From positions 197,669-261,668 of the forward strand of contig JBGANS010000004.1 of NCBI GenBank assembly GCA_044222195.1: a stretch of 64,000 bases of DNA. The letters run 5' to 3'. The DNA is from Phycisphaerales bacterium (GTDB lineage: Bacteria; Planctomycetota; Phycisphaerae; Phycisphaerales; UBA1924). Shown piece by piece: positions 16,581-26,263 of the stretch; positions within the stretch are counted from its first letter, which is position 1; each line of letters begins with the position of its first letter. A program made the position numbers and the translations under genes. The notes under the pieces are model-generated. The model did no database searches. It saw only the letters and a list, made by a program, of their open reading frames with translations, and had not been told where the DNA came from.

Positions 16581-17555
16581 ATGGTCGAAACGATCAACCT
16601 CACCAAGCGCTACGGCGAACTTGTCGCCCTGGACAATCTCAACCTCTCCATCGAGGAGGGCTCGTGTTACGGCTTCATCGGCCCTAACGGCGCCGGCAAG
16701 ACCACGACGATCAAGATCCTCGCGACGCTGCTGAAACCATCCAGCGGCCAGGCCCAGGTCAATGGGCTGACCATTGGATACCAGAACCGCCAGATCCGGC
16801 CCATGATCGGCTACGTCCCGGACTTCATGGGCGCGTACGAGGACATGGTCGTCACCGAATACCTTGAGTTCTTTGCCAGCGCGTACAACATCCACGGGCC
16901 GCAGCGCAAGAAGGTCGTTTCCGACGTCCTCGAACTGACCGACCTCACCTACAAAGCCACGGCCGAGGTCAACGGGCTCTCACGCGGCATGCAGCAGCGG
17001 CTGTCGATTGCCCGGGTCCTTTTGCATGACCCGAAGGTCCTGCTCATGGATGAGCCGGCTTCCGGACTCGATCCTCGTGCCCGTATCGAAATTCGCGAGC
17101 TGCTCAAAGAACTCAAGCGGATGGGCAAGACCATCCTCATCTCGAGCCACATCCTGCACGAACTCGCCGAGCTCTGCAACGTGGTCGGGATCATCGAACG
17201 CGGCAAGTTGCTCTTTTCGGGTACCGTCAAAGAAGCCCTGGCCCGGGCCAAGCTGGGCCACATCATCCACGTGGGCGTATCCGATCGAGCCGCAGCGGCA
17301 GCGGAACTGCTCGCCAAGGTTCCCGGAGTCAAGAAAGTCGCTCTCGTCGACGCCGACACGACGGGCACGCCCAACGGCCAGACTCGCGCCCAGTTGATCC
17401 ACATCACGTTTGAAGACGCCGCGGCCGGCGGGCGGAGCTACACGGACATTCCCAACATCCTCGTCAACGGCGGATTCAGGATCACGCGGTTCGGTGAAGA
17501 GGCGGTAAACCTGGAGACGGCGTTCATGCGGTTGACGAAGGGGATGGTGCAGTAA
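16581..17555 (+). CDS. ABC transporter ATP-binding protein (ABC-2/exporter type)
   Basis: MVETINLTKRYG.., Walker A GPNGAGKTT, signature LSRGMQQRL, Walker B LLMDEPASGLD, and H-loop SSHIL. The track ORF start at 16314 overlaps the preceding gene and is rejected. Confidence 0.9.
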   Translation: MVETINLTKRYGELVALDNLNLSIEEGSCYGFIGPNGAGKTTTIKILATLLKPSSGQAQVNGLTIGYQNRQIRPMIGYVPDFMGAYEDMVVTEYLEFFASAYNIHGPQRKKVVSDVLELTDLTYKATAEVNGLSRGMQQRLSIARVLLHDPKVLLMDEPASGLDPRARIEIRELLKELKRMGKTILISSHILHELAELCNVVGIIERGKLLFSGTVKEALARAKLGHIIHVGVSDRAAAAAELLAKVPGVKKVALVDADTTGTPNGQTRAQLIHITFEDAAAGGRSYTDIPNILVNGGFRITRFGEEAVNLETAFMRLTKGMVQ

Positions 17556-17733
17556 AGTTACTTCAAAGCGGCCCCTGCCATGGGTCGGAACCATCGCAGC
17601 GGTCGGCGCCGGTGCGGCCCGGCCATCCAATCCGTATTCAGCGAATCGAGTTCATTTCGCGCGATCCCCCCCACCGCGATCGCAGTTCCTTCACTTCGTT
17701 CCTACCCTTCCGCCCCCCTCAGGAACACCCGCC

Positions 17734-19377
17734 ATGCCCGACCGCATCACACTGCCCGCGGACTCCAACCAGGCCCTCGGCCTCGGCCAGTTCGCCGTTG
17801 ACTTCATGAACGGCTCGCCGGACCGCGCGGGCGCCCCCGACCCCCGCGTCCTCGAACGCACCAACATGTTCCACACCGATGCGGTGCTGTGCGGCGTATC
17901 GGCGATCGCGCTGGGAACCAACGCCCCGGTCGTGCTCCGGCAGGAAGCCACCCAGTACCGCGCCTCGGGAACGGGACGCGATGGCGTCCTCGGCTCGAAC
18001 AAGTACCCCGCCGTCCGCCCCGGCGTCCCTGTCTTCGGCTCTGCAACGGACGTCATGGTCGAGAAGGCGATCGTTGCCAACTGCTGCGCCGTTCGCGAGT
18101 GGGACAGCAACGGCACAAACTTTGGCTACTCCGCTGAACGCGCCCACCACCGCGCCGGCGAGTTCGGGCATAACGACTTCTATTCTGTCCCGCTCGCCGC
18201 GGCACAGCTCATGGGCAAGGACGGCGCGTACGCCCTTCGCGGGATGGTCCTGACCGACGAGATCCGCGGCCGCCTCGCCGAAGTGTTCTCTCTCAAGACT
18301 TACAAGATTGATCACGTTGTACACGGGGCTATCGCCTCGGCCGCGACGTTTGGGGCGATGATGGGAGCGACGCCGGAACAGATCGAGTCCGCCATCGGCA
18401 TGGTGGTCGCGCATGCGATTCCGTTCCGGGCGATCAGGGCCGGGCACCAGCTCTCTGATTCCAAGGGAGCATCGGCTGCGATTTCGACCGAGTTCGCCAT
18501 TCTCGCGATGAAGCGGTCCATGGCCGGGTTCATCGGACCCAAGGACATCTTCCGGAACCCGGAAGCGATCTGGTGTCTTTTCGAAGGCAAGGCTCGCAAC
18601 GATGACGCGATCAAGAAGGGCAAGAAGTCGCCGTTTGACCTGGTCCTCAGCCGCGCGGGAAATGACTTCACGGTCATGGGCATGCACTTCAAGCTCGGCT
18701 TGTATGAGCATCAGTCCGCCGGCGCCCTCCAGGGCCTCATCGATCTCCTCCGCAAGAACCCCTCGCTGCTCTCGAGCAAGGGCACGCCCGGCGACCGCAT
18801 CAGCAAGATCGTCGTCCGCGCTTATGAGCCGGCCTTCGGCATCATCGGCGACCCGCACAAGCGCGACCCGCATACGCGGCAGTCCGCTGACCATTCCATG
18901 CTGTTTCTCGTCTGCACCAAGCTCCGCAAGGCACTCGAGCTTCACAAGGCCAAGGGCGAGACGCAGGTCGGGCATCGGCTCGACTGGAAGGAACTGATGC
19001 TCGGGCCGCACGACTTTGACAAGGCCGCGATCAACCACCCGGTGACGCGGGCCCTCATGGCGAAGATGACCTTCGAATGGGGCGGTCCGGAATATGACGC
19101 GAAGTACCCCGACGGCATCCCGACCTCGATCGTCATCACCGATGATGCCGGCGCGGCCCATGACTCGGGCCTGGTGATGTACCCGGCGGGCCATGCGAGG
19201 AATACGACGGCCGACCTGAAGGACATCCTGAACCACAAGTGGAAGATGCTCGGGGCGCTGGCGTTTGAGAAGCCGGAGCCCGTGATCGCACAGATTTCCG
19301 GGCTTGAGAAGAAGACGCCAGCGGATGTGGCGCATCTTTACAAGTTTGACATCCTGGATCGCGGTCGATTTGAGTGA
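17734..19377 (+). CDS. prpD: MmgE/PrpD family protein (2-methylcitrate dehydratase-like)
   Basis: 547-aa ORF with typical PrpD-family length and segments (..FGYSAERAHHRAGEFGHNDFYS.., ..DSKGASAA.., ..HFKLGLYEHQSAGA.., ..SADHSM..). The exact substrate is not determinable from sequence. Confidence 0.8.
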   Translation: MPDRITLPADSNQALGLGQFAVDFMNGSPDRAGAPDPRVLERTNMFHTDAVLCGVSAIALGTNAPVVLRQEATQYRASGTGRDGVLGSNKYPAVRPGVPVFGSATDVMVEKAIVANCCAVREWDSNGTNFGYSAERAHHRAGEFGHNDFYSVPLAAAQLMGKDGAYALRGMVLTDEIRGRLAEVFSLKTYKIDHVVHGAIASAATFGAMMGATPEQIESAIGMVVAHAIPFRAIRAGHQLSDSKGASAAISTEFAILAMKRSMAGFIGPKDIFRNPEAIWCLFEGKARNDDAIKKGKKSPFDLVLSRAGNDFTVMGMHFKLGLYEHQSAGALQGLIDLLRKNPSLLSSKGTPGDRISKIVVRAYEPAFGIIGDPHKRDPHTRQSADHSMLFLVCTKLRKALELHKAKGETQVGHRLDWKELMLGPHDFDKAAINHPVTRALMAKMTFEWGGPEYDAKYPDGIPTSIVITDDAGAAHDSGLVMYPAGHARNTTADLKDILNHKWKMLGALAFEKPEPVIAQISGLEKKTPADVAHLYKFDILDRGRFE

Positions 19378-19455
19378 GTGGCTGTTCTGCTCCCGGCCCA
19401 GCCGAGTCCGGGACTTCCCGACCCTTCATGTGTGACAATTGGGTAGACTGGCCGC

Positions 19456-20370
19456 ATGCGCGTCACTCTCTTGTTGCTGGTACTTGTGCTCGCCGGGTGC
19501 AACACGCACACGAATAGCCGGGTCGAAGCCCTTTCCCTCCTGCACAAGCCTCTGAACCCGGCCCCTCTCACCCTCGAACAGCGCATCAAGCTCGAAGACA
19601 ACCTGAGGGCCGCCCAATCCGCCTTCGACCAAGACCCTTCTGAAGACAACACCGTCTGGCTCGGCCGTCGCCTGGCCTATCTCGGGCGCTACAACGACGC
19701 GATTGCGGTGTACTCCCGGGGACTCCAGACGTTTCCCAGGTCCGCCAAACTGCTGCGCCACCGCGGCCACCGGTACATCACGCTTCGTAAGCTCGATGAA
19801 GCGATCACGGATCTTGCGCGGGCTACGGAACTGACCACCAACCTGGCGGACGAAGTTGAGCCTGACGGCTCTCCCAACGCCCGCAACATTCCGCGTTCCA
19901 CGCTCAAGTCCAACATCGCCTATCACCTGGCCCTCGCTCACTACCTCAAAGGAGACTTCCAGAAGGCCGCGGAGGCGTGGTCATCGCGGCTCAGCCTGTT
20001 TCGAGGCAATGACGACCAGATCGTTTCCGCTTCCTATTGGCTCTACTTGTCGCGGAAGCGGTCTGGCGACCACGCCGGCGCGACGGCGGTGCTTCGCGAC
20101 GTCCGCCTGGACATGGATGTGATCGAGAACCACTCGTACCACCGATTGCTGCTGTGCTTCAAGGGGGACCTCAAGCCCGAGGAAGTGGGCGAAGGGGCCG
20201 ATGCACTCGCCAACAGCACGATCGCGTATGGCCTGGGCGTTCGCAAGCTTCTGCAGGGCGAGCCCGCGGCCGCCAAAGCGGACTTCGAGCGAATCATCGC
20301 GACCGAGAACTGGGCTGCGTTTGGCTACATCGCTGCTGAAGCGGAACTTGCTCGGACGCTTGGCAAGTAG
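19456..20370 (+). CDS. TPR-repeat lipoprotein
   Basis: Lipobox MRVTLLLLVLVLAGC, followed by TPR-like helical repeats (..GRRLAYLGRYNDAIAVYSRGLQ.., ..IAYHLALAHYLKGDFQKAAEAW..). Confidence 0.75.
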   Translation: MRVTLLLLVLVLAGCNTHTNSRVEALSLLHKPLNPAPLTLEQRIKLEDNLRAAQSAFDQDPSEDNTVWLGRRLAYLGRYNDAIAVYSRGLQTFPRSAKLLRHRGHRYITLRKLDEAITDLARATELTTNLADEVEPDGSPNARNIPRSTLKSNIAYHLALAHYLKGDFQKAAEAWSSRLSLFRGNDDQIVSASYWLYLSRKRSGDHAGATAVLRDVRLDMDVIENHSYHRLLLCFKGDLKPEEVGEGADALANSTIAYGLGVRKLLQGEPAAAKADFERIIATENWAAFGYIAAEAELARTLGK

Positions 20371-20384
20371 GGGCGGGGCACGTC

Positions 20385-20867
20385 ATGGCCGGCTACTCGG
20401 GCACACCACTTCCCCAGAAACTCGGCATCAAGCCGGGCTTGCGCGTCGCCGTCATTGATGCCCCGCACAGTGCCATGCCGGTCATCGCGGAAGTCGCCGG
20501 CACAGGACCGGTCGATCTCAAGTTCAAGGGGAGAGACCTGTACGACGTCATCGTGCTCTTTTGCGAGAACCAATGGGTTCTGAACGGCCGCTTCGAAGCG
20601 GCGAAGTCGCGCATGGCCCAGAACGGCGGGCTCTGGATCGCCTGGCCCAAGCAGTCCAGCGGCGTTGAGACGGACCTGAACGAGAACATCATCCGCGACA
20701 TCGGGCTGGCGGCAGGACTTGTCGACAACAAGGTGTGCGCGATCGACGGCACGTGGTCCGGGCTGCGACTGGTCATCAGGTTGGAGAACCGCATTGGGCC
20801 TAAGTCAATGCCGGCGTCAAGGCGCGGCAATCCGACGACGAAGCCCGGCAAAGGGGCGAAAGACTGA
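20385..20867 (+). CDS. DUF3052-like protein
   Basis: The N-terminus MAGYSGTPLPQKLGIKPGLRVAVIDAP matches my memory of DUF3052 family starts. No function known. Confidence 0.65.
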   Translation: MAGYSGTPLPQKLGIKPGLRVAVIDAPHSAMPVIAEVAGTGPVDLKFKGRDLYDVIVLFCENQWVLNGRFEAAKSRMAQNGGLWIAWPKQSSGVETDLNENIIRDIGLAAGLVDNKVCAIDGTWSGLRLVIRLENRIGPKSMPASRRGNPTTKPGKGAKD

Positions 20868-20940
20868 ATCACGATCGACTGGCGTCGGCACCGTTCCGGG
20901 TACTTACACTGCCACCTCTTAGTGATTCGATGGTGTAAGC

Positions 20941-21726
20941 ATGGATGACGCACTCGCACGCATTGCCGCCCTGCTCCGCTCGGCTGCCAACATCGTGGTA
21001 CTCACCGGCGCCGGCATCTCGGCCGAATCGGGGCTCAGAACCTTTCGCGGCGCATCCAAGGCTGATCTTCCGCAGACCATGCAGGCCCTGTGGAAAGAGT
21101 TTGACCCCATGAAACTCGCCACGCCGGAGGCGTTTGACGCCGACCCGGCGGCCGTCTCGCGCTGGTACGACTGGCGACGGCTGGGGTGCCTCGCCGCGGA
21201 ACCGAACCCGGGACACACCGCCCTGGCGGAACTGGAGCGCAGCGCAGCCGCACGGGGTGGCCGCTTTGTTGTACTCACGCAGAATGTCGATCGCCTTCAC
21301 CAGAAGGCCGGCAGTAAGAACGTGGTCGAGCTCCACGGCTCTATCATCCAGTGGCGGTGTACCAGTTGCGAAACCAGGACGACTCCGGGGCCTGAACCTC
21401 TTCCGAACTTTCCAATGCGGACTGTCTGTTGCCCTGACGATAGGGGCGCGGTCCTTCGGCCCGATGTCGTGTGGTTCGGCGAGCCGCTTCCCTTCGACGC
21501 ACTTCGCGCCACTGATCAGGCGCTGCAGGACTGCGATATTTTCATGTCGATCGGCACGAGCAGCGTAGTTCACCCGGCGGCGAGCTTCATCCAGATCGCC
21601 GCGGAGAACGGGGCTCACACTGTTGAAATCAATCCAGAGCCGACGCCTATCTCGCGGATGGTAAACGACTCCATTCGCGGCACGTCGGGCGAGGTCCTGC
21701 CTCGCATCGCCAGCGCCGTGCGCTGA
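20941..21726 (+). CDS. cobB: NAD-dependent protein deacylase, Sir2 family (CobB-like)
   Basis: VVLTGAGISAESGLRTFRG, QNVDRLHQKAG, LHGS, a Cys pair CTSC plus a later CC, RPDVVWFGE and IGTSSVV are canonical short sirtuin motifs. Confidence 0.9.
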   Translation: MDDALARIAALLRSAANIVVLTGAGISAESGLRTFRGASKADLPQTMQALWKEFDPMKLATPEAFDADPAAVSRWYDWRRLGCLAAEPNPGHTALAELERSAAARGGRFVVLTQNVDRLHQKAGSKNVVELHGSIIQWRCTSCETRTTPGPEPLPNFPMRTVCCPDDRGAVLRPDVVWFGEPLPFDALRATDQALQDCDIFMSIGTSSVVHPAASFIQIAAENGAHTVEINPEPTPISRMVNDSIRGTSGEVLPRIASAVR

Positions 21727-21794
21727 GCGCGGTTACACATTCGTGACGAGCACAATCCGCATCCATCGCTACACTCGCGCCGAAGGAGCACCTC

Positions 21795-22355
21795 ATGAGA
21801 ACCACGTACATCGCTTCCTCGGCCGCCATCCTTGCCCTGCTCGCCGGCTTCGGGCTTCGGCCGGCACCTGTCGACAAGCCTCTCGTGTCCCTCGCGGGCT
21901 CCCACAGCCTCGTCGCCAAGCCCCGCGTTGAAGTCATCTCCGACGCCACTCGCTGGGAGGCGGTGTGGAAGGAACACATGGGCGAGAAGCTCGAGAAGAC
22001 CGCTCACGGCTTTGACGTGATTCCCCACGTGGATTTTTCACGCTGCATGGTGTTCGCGGCGTTCGCGGGCAGCAGTAACAACGGCGCCGGCTACGAGGTT
22101 GTCGAGGTCCTCACCCGCGACCATCAGACCGTGATCCGCTATGACCGCACCGGCTTTCAGACCGCTTCATTCGACGGGGCGGACCACGGCGTAAAGACAT
22201 CGGACTACGGCTTTGCTGTGCTCACCCGTTCCGCTCTCCCGCTGACTCTTGAGGAAAACACTCAGAGTCTCATCGGAGGACCGCCGATTTGGACTGAACG
22301 TCAGAAGATGCCGGCGCTTCCAGCGTTCAAGCCGGATCCGCAACGCGGCAACTGA
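21795..22355 (+). CDS. Hypothetical exported protein
   Basis: Signal-like N-terminus MRTTYIASSAAILALLAGFG. Codon usage is consistent with its neighbours. No confident family; possibly PrcB-C-like, not asserted. Confidence 0.55.
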   Translation: MRTTYIASSAAILALLAGFGLRPAPVDKPLVSLAGSHSLVAKPRVEVISDATRWEAVWKEHMGEKLEKTAHGFDVIPHVDFSRCMVFAAFAGSSNNGAGYEVVEVLTRDHQTVIRYDRTGFQTASFDGADHGVKTSDYGFAVLTRSALPLTLEENTQSLIGGPPIWTERQKMPALPAFKPDPQRGN

Positions 22356-22419
22356 GCTCGGGCCGCGCTCGGCCTCCAGTCGTGCCTGTCTCCCGTTCGT
22401 GACAGGGCGAGTCGTGGGT

Positions 22420-23760
22420 TCATTCCTTCGCCGCGCCCGCGAACGCCACCGGACTCCTGTACCCATCCTTGTCGTATGCCCGCACGCCAAAGAAGAAGTT
22501 GTCCTTGCTCTGCCGGATCGTGGCTTCCGACTTGTCTCCCACATCTTCAACGTGCTGCCACGTTGCCGACGTGGTGTCTCTCCACACGACTTCGTACCCC
22601 GCGACATCCGGTTCCGGCGACTTGTCCCATCGCAGGGTGGTCCAGTATTCCAGCTTTGCCGTGATCACCCGCACCTTTCCCGGCACGGACGGCGCGTTGG
22701 CCAGGTGAACAAGGGTCGCCGCGTTGAGTTTGGCCACATTTGCCAGGTAATCACAATCGACGAACTCATGCAGGTCTCCGAACTGCACTTCCTTTCCATC
22801 CACGACTTCCTTTCGGGGCGTCTGATGCTGGTGCCGGTAGTCCTCGTGGACCTCGGTGAACCGCACGGCGGTAAACCCCGCATCGTTGAATGCGCTGTGG
22901 TCTCCACCACGTAGAAACCGGTCCTGCCGGAACACCAGCATGGGTCGGACGACGGTCTTCTCCCTGTCGGCTACCTCAGCAATGTATCGCGCGAGTTGCC
23001 GGCTCGTCGAGTCGCACTCGGAGGAAAGGCTGCGGATGGATTGCAGCTTTTCGGCGCTGGGGTTTCTGGGGATTGACTCGGAGAACACCCGAATCAATGT
23101 AGGGGTCCGCATCGACGGGTCGCCGCCCGGTCCCATCGAGTCCCCCACGATGTCATTGCTGAGTACGCCGCGAATGTCTTCTTTCCTGGCCGCGGCTTGA
23201 TCGGCGTGATACCTCGCCCCGAGCAGGCCTTGCTCCTCGCCGGCGGTGCAGAGGAACACAATCGTCGACTCGCAAGGTTTCCTGGCCATCGCCCGGGCAA
23301 TCGCCATTACCGCTGTCGTCCCCGACCCATCGTCATTGGCGCCGGGTGCGTCGGTGTTCGGGTCCATGACATCCGAAGGCATCGAGTCGTAGTGCCCGAC
23401 GACGTAGTACCGCCGCCCCGCGGCTTCGGGCATGGTCCCCGGCAGCACCGCAACTACGTTGACGAACGTGGCCGGCTTCGACACCCGTCCGGTGACCGGC
23501 GGCTCAAACTCTTCGAACGAGACCTGCAACTTGCCCGTCGCATCGCCGTTGTACGACTCAAACTCCGACTTCATCCAGGTCCGAGCGGCCCCGATGCCTC
23601 GAGTCGGGTTCGTCGGGTCCGACAGCGAGTGCCGCGTCCCGAACGAAACCAGTTTCTGGTTCGTGGCTTTCACGTAACCGACGTCGATGCCGGACATGAC
23701 GTCCTTGGCGGTGGGTGGCGACATGAGCGAAAGGAACACCAGCGGCAGGTGGGTGATCAT
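22420..23760 (-). CDS. M28 family metallopeptidase with a C-terminal fibronectin-III-like domain
   Basis: ..YYVVGHYDS.., ..GANDDGSGTTAVMAIARAM.. and ..FLCTAGEEQGLLGARY.. are M28 zinc-ligand motifs. The C-terminus ..VITAKLEYWTTLRWDKSPEPDVAGYEVVWRDT..FFFGVRAYDKDGYRSP is FN3-like. Confidence 0.85.
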   Translation of the reverse strand: MITHLPLVFLSLMSPPTAKDVMSGIDVGYVKATNQKLVSFGTRHSLSDPTNPTRGIGAARTWMKSEFESYNGDATGKLQVSFEEFEPPVTGRVSKPATFVNVVAVLPGTMPEAAGRRYYVVGHYDSMPSDVMDPNTDAPGANDDGSGTTAVMAIARAMARKPCESTIVFLCTAGEEQGLLGARYHADQAAARKEDIRGVLSNDIVGDSMGPGGDPSMRTPTLIRVFSESIPRNPSAEKLQSIRSLSSECDSTSRQLARYIAEVADREKTVVRPMLVFRQDRFLRGGDHSAFNDAGFTAVRFTEVHEDYRHQHQTPRKEVVDGKEVQFGDLHEFVDCDYLANVAKLNAATLVHLANAPSVPGKVRVITAKLEYWTTLRWDKSPEPDVAGYEVVWRDTTSATWQHVEDVGDKSEATIRQSKDNFFFGVRAYDKDGYRSPVAFAGAAKE

Positions 23761-23857
23761 GTCAGGAGTCTAATCCGCTGTGCCCCGGCCTGTTCCCGTT
23801 TCGCAGTTCTGGGCGTCGGACCGGGGCAAGGGAGCCGCGGCTCACTACCATGCTGCC

Positions 23858-24805
23858 ATGCCTACGCACCCGTCCACCGGATCCCCCGCCTCCCGCCTTC
23901 GGGCTGCCATGAACGCCGGTTGCGTTCCCATTCCCGGCGCCTTCAACGCGTTGTGCGCCCGTGCGATCGCCAAGGCGGGCTTCCAGGCCTGCTACATCTC
24001 CGGCGCGGCCACCAGTGTTTCCGCCGGCGTGCCCGATGTGGGCGTCCTTTCCCTGGAGCACTTCTGCCGTGTCATCCGCGAGGCTGCCGACGCCTCGGGC
24101 CTGCCGGTCCTTGCTGATGCCGACACGGGCTTTGGCGAGGCTGAGATGGTCCGGCGCACGGTCATCGACTACGCCCGGGCCGGAGCCGCGGGGCTTCACC
24201 TTGAAGACCAAAAGTTTCCGAAGCGCTGCGGTCACCTTGATGGCAAGGAACTGGTGCCCCTTGACCACATGGTTGAAAAGGTGCAGTGGGCGGCGAAAGC
24301 GGCACGGGAAGTGGGAGCGAAGGGTTGGGGCCTTGCGGAGACACCTGGCAAGGACCGGTGTAACTTCATCATTTGTGCCCGCACCGACGCTCGCTCAGTC
24401 GAAGGGCTTGACGCTTCGATCGCACGGGCGAAGGCCTACGTTGAGGCCGGGGCCGACATGATCTTCCCCGAAGGGCTCACCTCCGAAACGGAGTTCGCAA
24501 CCTTCGCGACCTCCCTTCGCGCGGCAGTGCCTTCATCTCTCCGCCCGTTCCTCCTCGCCAACATGACGGAGTTCGGCAAGACACCGGTCATCCCGCTCTC
24601 CAAGTTCGCGGCAATGGGCTACTCGTGCGTCATCTACCCTGTCAGTCTTCTTCGAGTCGCGATGGGGGCCGTCACTCGCGCCCTTGAAGCTCTCAAGACC
24701 GAAGGTTCCGTCGAGTCACTTCTCGGGCAGATGCAATCGCGGCAGGAACTCTATGACCTGATTGAGTACAAGCCGGGCATTCCTTGGGAGTTCCCGACGC
24801 GATAG
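23858..24805 (+). CDS. prpB: Isocitrate lyase/PEP mutase family enzyme, 2-methylisocitrate lyase-like
   Basis: ATG at 23858. ..PGAFNALCARAIAKAGFQACYISGAA.., ..ADADTGFG.., ..LHLEDQKFPKRCGHLDGKELV.. and ..ICARTDA.. are hallmark motifs of the family. Confidence 0.8.
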   Translation: MPTHPSTGSPASRLRAAMNAGCVPIPGAFNALCARAIAKAGFQACYISGAATSVSAGVPDVGVLSLEHFCRVIREAADASGLPVLADADTGFGEAEMVRRTVIDYARAGAAGLHLEDQKFPKRCGHLDGKELVPLDHMVEKVQWAAKAAREVGAKGWGLAETPGKDRCNFIICARTDARSVEGLDASIARAKAYVEAGADMIFPEGLTSETEFATFATSLRAAVPSSLRPFLLANMTEFGKTPVIPLSKFAAMGYSCVIYPVSLLRVAMGAVTRALEALKTEGSVESLLGQMQSRQELYDLIEYKPGIPWEFPTR

Positions 24806-24990
24806 CCGCTCCTTCCGCGACAGCCTTTCCTCGATCAATCCCTTCAACCTTTTCACCTCTTCCAGGTACACGTTTCCCATCGGCTCCGTTGTGACAAAGG
24901 TCCACGCGATCTCAAAATCCCATACGCTTCCTGATCAAGACAATCCGCTCCACATCCGGTTCTGAGTCTCCTCGGCACGCCGTAACTGCG

Positions 24991-25749
24991 TTGCTGTTTC
25001 CCGCCATCCTCCTCGCTGCTCTCGCCGCCTCAACGACGATCTGCTCGGCCTGGGCCCTCGCCGCGTGGCTTCCGCACGACCACCTGCTTCGACGACGGAA
25101 TGTCATTTCTCAGCCCGACCCGAAGCATCCCGGCAAGTTTCTTCCCACTTACATCACCACCTACCAATTCTCACGGTCCGGAATGATCCGCCTTGCCTGG
25201 CAACCGGGCCTTTCCCGAGGGTGCCAGCTTGATACCGACCTTTCCCCACGTTCGACAATCGCTCTCAAGCTTCCCACCGTCAACCAGGATCGCTCCTGGG
25301 GGCGGCTGCCGAAAGTCCTCGGATCTTCCAACTACGGCACCGTCCCTGCGGGCGGCCAGGACGCCCGAGGATGGCCTTTCCTTGCTCTGTGGTGCCATCT
25401 TGACGAGGCCGCGCCGTCGGGCCACACCGTTCGTGGCGGTATCACTCTGTCCTCGGCTTCTGTCACGACGGGCGCCGCCCGGGTGCTCCCGTGGCTGCCC
25501 ATCTGGCGTGGGCTCATCCTGAACATGCTCATCTACGCGGCAGCTTGGCTGGTCGTCATCCTCGTCTACCGCCGGCTTCGAGCCGCGGTTCGCCGCCGCC
25601 GCGGCCGTTGCCCGCGTTGCAACTACGACCGGCGCAAGTCCGCCGGCCCGTGCCCCGAGTGCGGCGCACGCTCCCGCCTGCGCCGTGAAGACGTCGCCCT
25701 TGGTCACCCGCACGTCGAACGCTCCGCTGGAGAACGCCCCTTCCCATGA
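24991..25749 (+). CDS. 2-TM protein with a C-terminal CPxC...CPECG zinc ribbon (paralog A)
   Basis: TTG start, with a stop 5 nt upstream. It has an N-terminal TM span, a loop domain with the ARGWPFLAL and VRGGITL motifs, a second TM span (LILNMLIYAAAWLVVILVY), then RRRRGRCPRCNYDRRKSAGPCPECGA. It is a clear paralog of 26264..27049. Its stop overlaps the GNAT start (ATGA). Confidence 0.6.
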   Translation: MLFPAILLAALAASTTICSAWALAAWLPHDHLLRRRNVISQPDPKHPGKFLPTYITTYQFSRSGMIRLAWQPGLSRGCQLDTDLSPRSTIALKLPTVNQDRSWGRLPKVLGSSNYGTVPAGGQDARGWPFLALWCHLDEAAPSGHTVRGGITLSSASVTTGAARVLPWLPIWRGLILNMLIYAAAWLVVILVYRRLRAAVRRRRGRCPRCNYDRRKSAGPCPECGARSRLRREDVALGHPHVERSAGERPFP

Positions 25750-26225
25750 TCTCCATCCGCCCCTCCACCGCCTCCGACCTCGCCTTCATCACCGCCACCC
25801 TCACACGAGAGTTCGGCTCGACCCAGATCTGGTCCCGTCGCCGCGCGTTCGAGTGTGTCGGTCTCCCCACGCTCATCGCCCTTGACGCGGGCACGCCAGT
25901 CGGTCTCTCGGTCCACCGATTCGAAGCGGACGAGTGTGAACTGATCGCCCTTGTGGCGACGAACCCCGGCGGCGGGGTTGGTTCCACGCTCCTCGAATCG
26001 ACACGCCGAGCCGCGGCCAATCGCAACTGCCGCCGGCTGTTCCTCACGACGACGAACGATAACCTGGATGCCCTCCGGTTCTACCAACGCCGAGGAATGA
26101 AGCTGGCCGCTCTGCATGCGGGCGCCATGAATCACGCCCGCTCCATGCAACCCTCCATCCCCGTGAATGGTCATTACAACATCCCCATGCGGGATGACCT
26201 CGAGCTTGAGTACATCCTGCAGTAG
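25746..26225 (+). CDS. GNAT family N-acetyltransferase
   Basis: ..ELIALVATNPGGGVGSTLLESTRRAAANRNCRRLFLTTTNDNLDALRFYQRRGMKL.. is an acetyl-CoA-binding motif A (Q/RxxGxG/A-like) in a GNAT fold context. Confidence 0.85.
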   Translation: MISIRPSTASDLAFITATLTREFGSTQIWSRRRAFECVGLPTLIALDAGTPVGLSVHRFEADECELIALVATNPGGGVGSTLLESTRRAAANRNCRRLFLTTTNDNLDALRFYQRRGMKLAALHAGAMNHARSMQPSIPVNGHYNIPMRDDLELEYILQ

Positions 26226-26263
26226 ACCGGCACCGGGGCGCTCCGGTTCGCTAAACTCGGCAC

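Noticed and set aside
20941-21726. Sir2-domain gene as a possible anti-phage defence component (Thoeris/DSR-like)
   Set aside because: It is a short, stand-alone sirtuin with the full CobB-type NAD and zinc motifs. It has no fused or adjacent effector/sensor (TIR, SLOG, helicase, pAgo) and is flanked by housekeeping-type genes.
24806-24990. A/T-richer spacer containing a possible ~55-codon minus-strand ORF (MGNVYLEEVKRLKGLIEERLSRKE...)
   Set aside because: The ORF would overlap the 3' end of prpB by about 80 bp, and the overlapping part looks non-protein-like. There is no convincing RBS. The spacer more likely holds the promoter region for the 24991 cassette.
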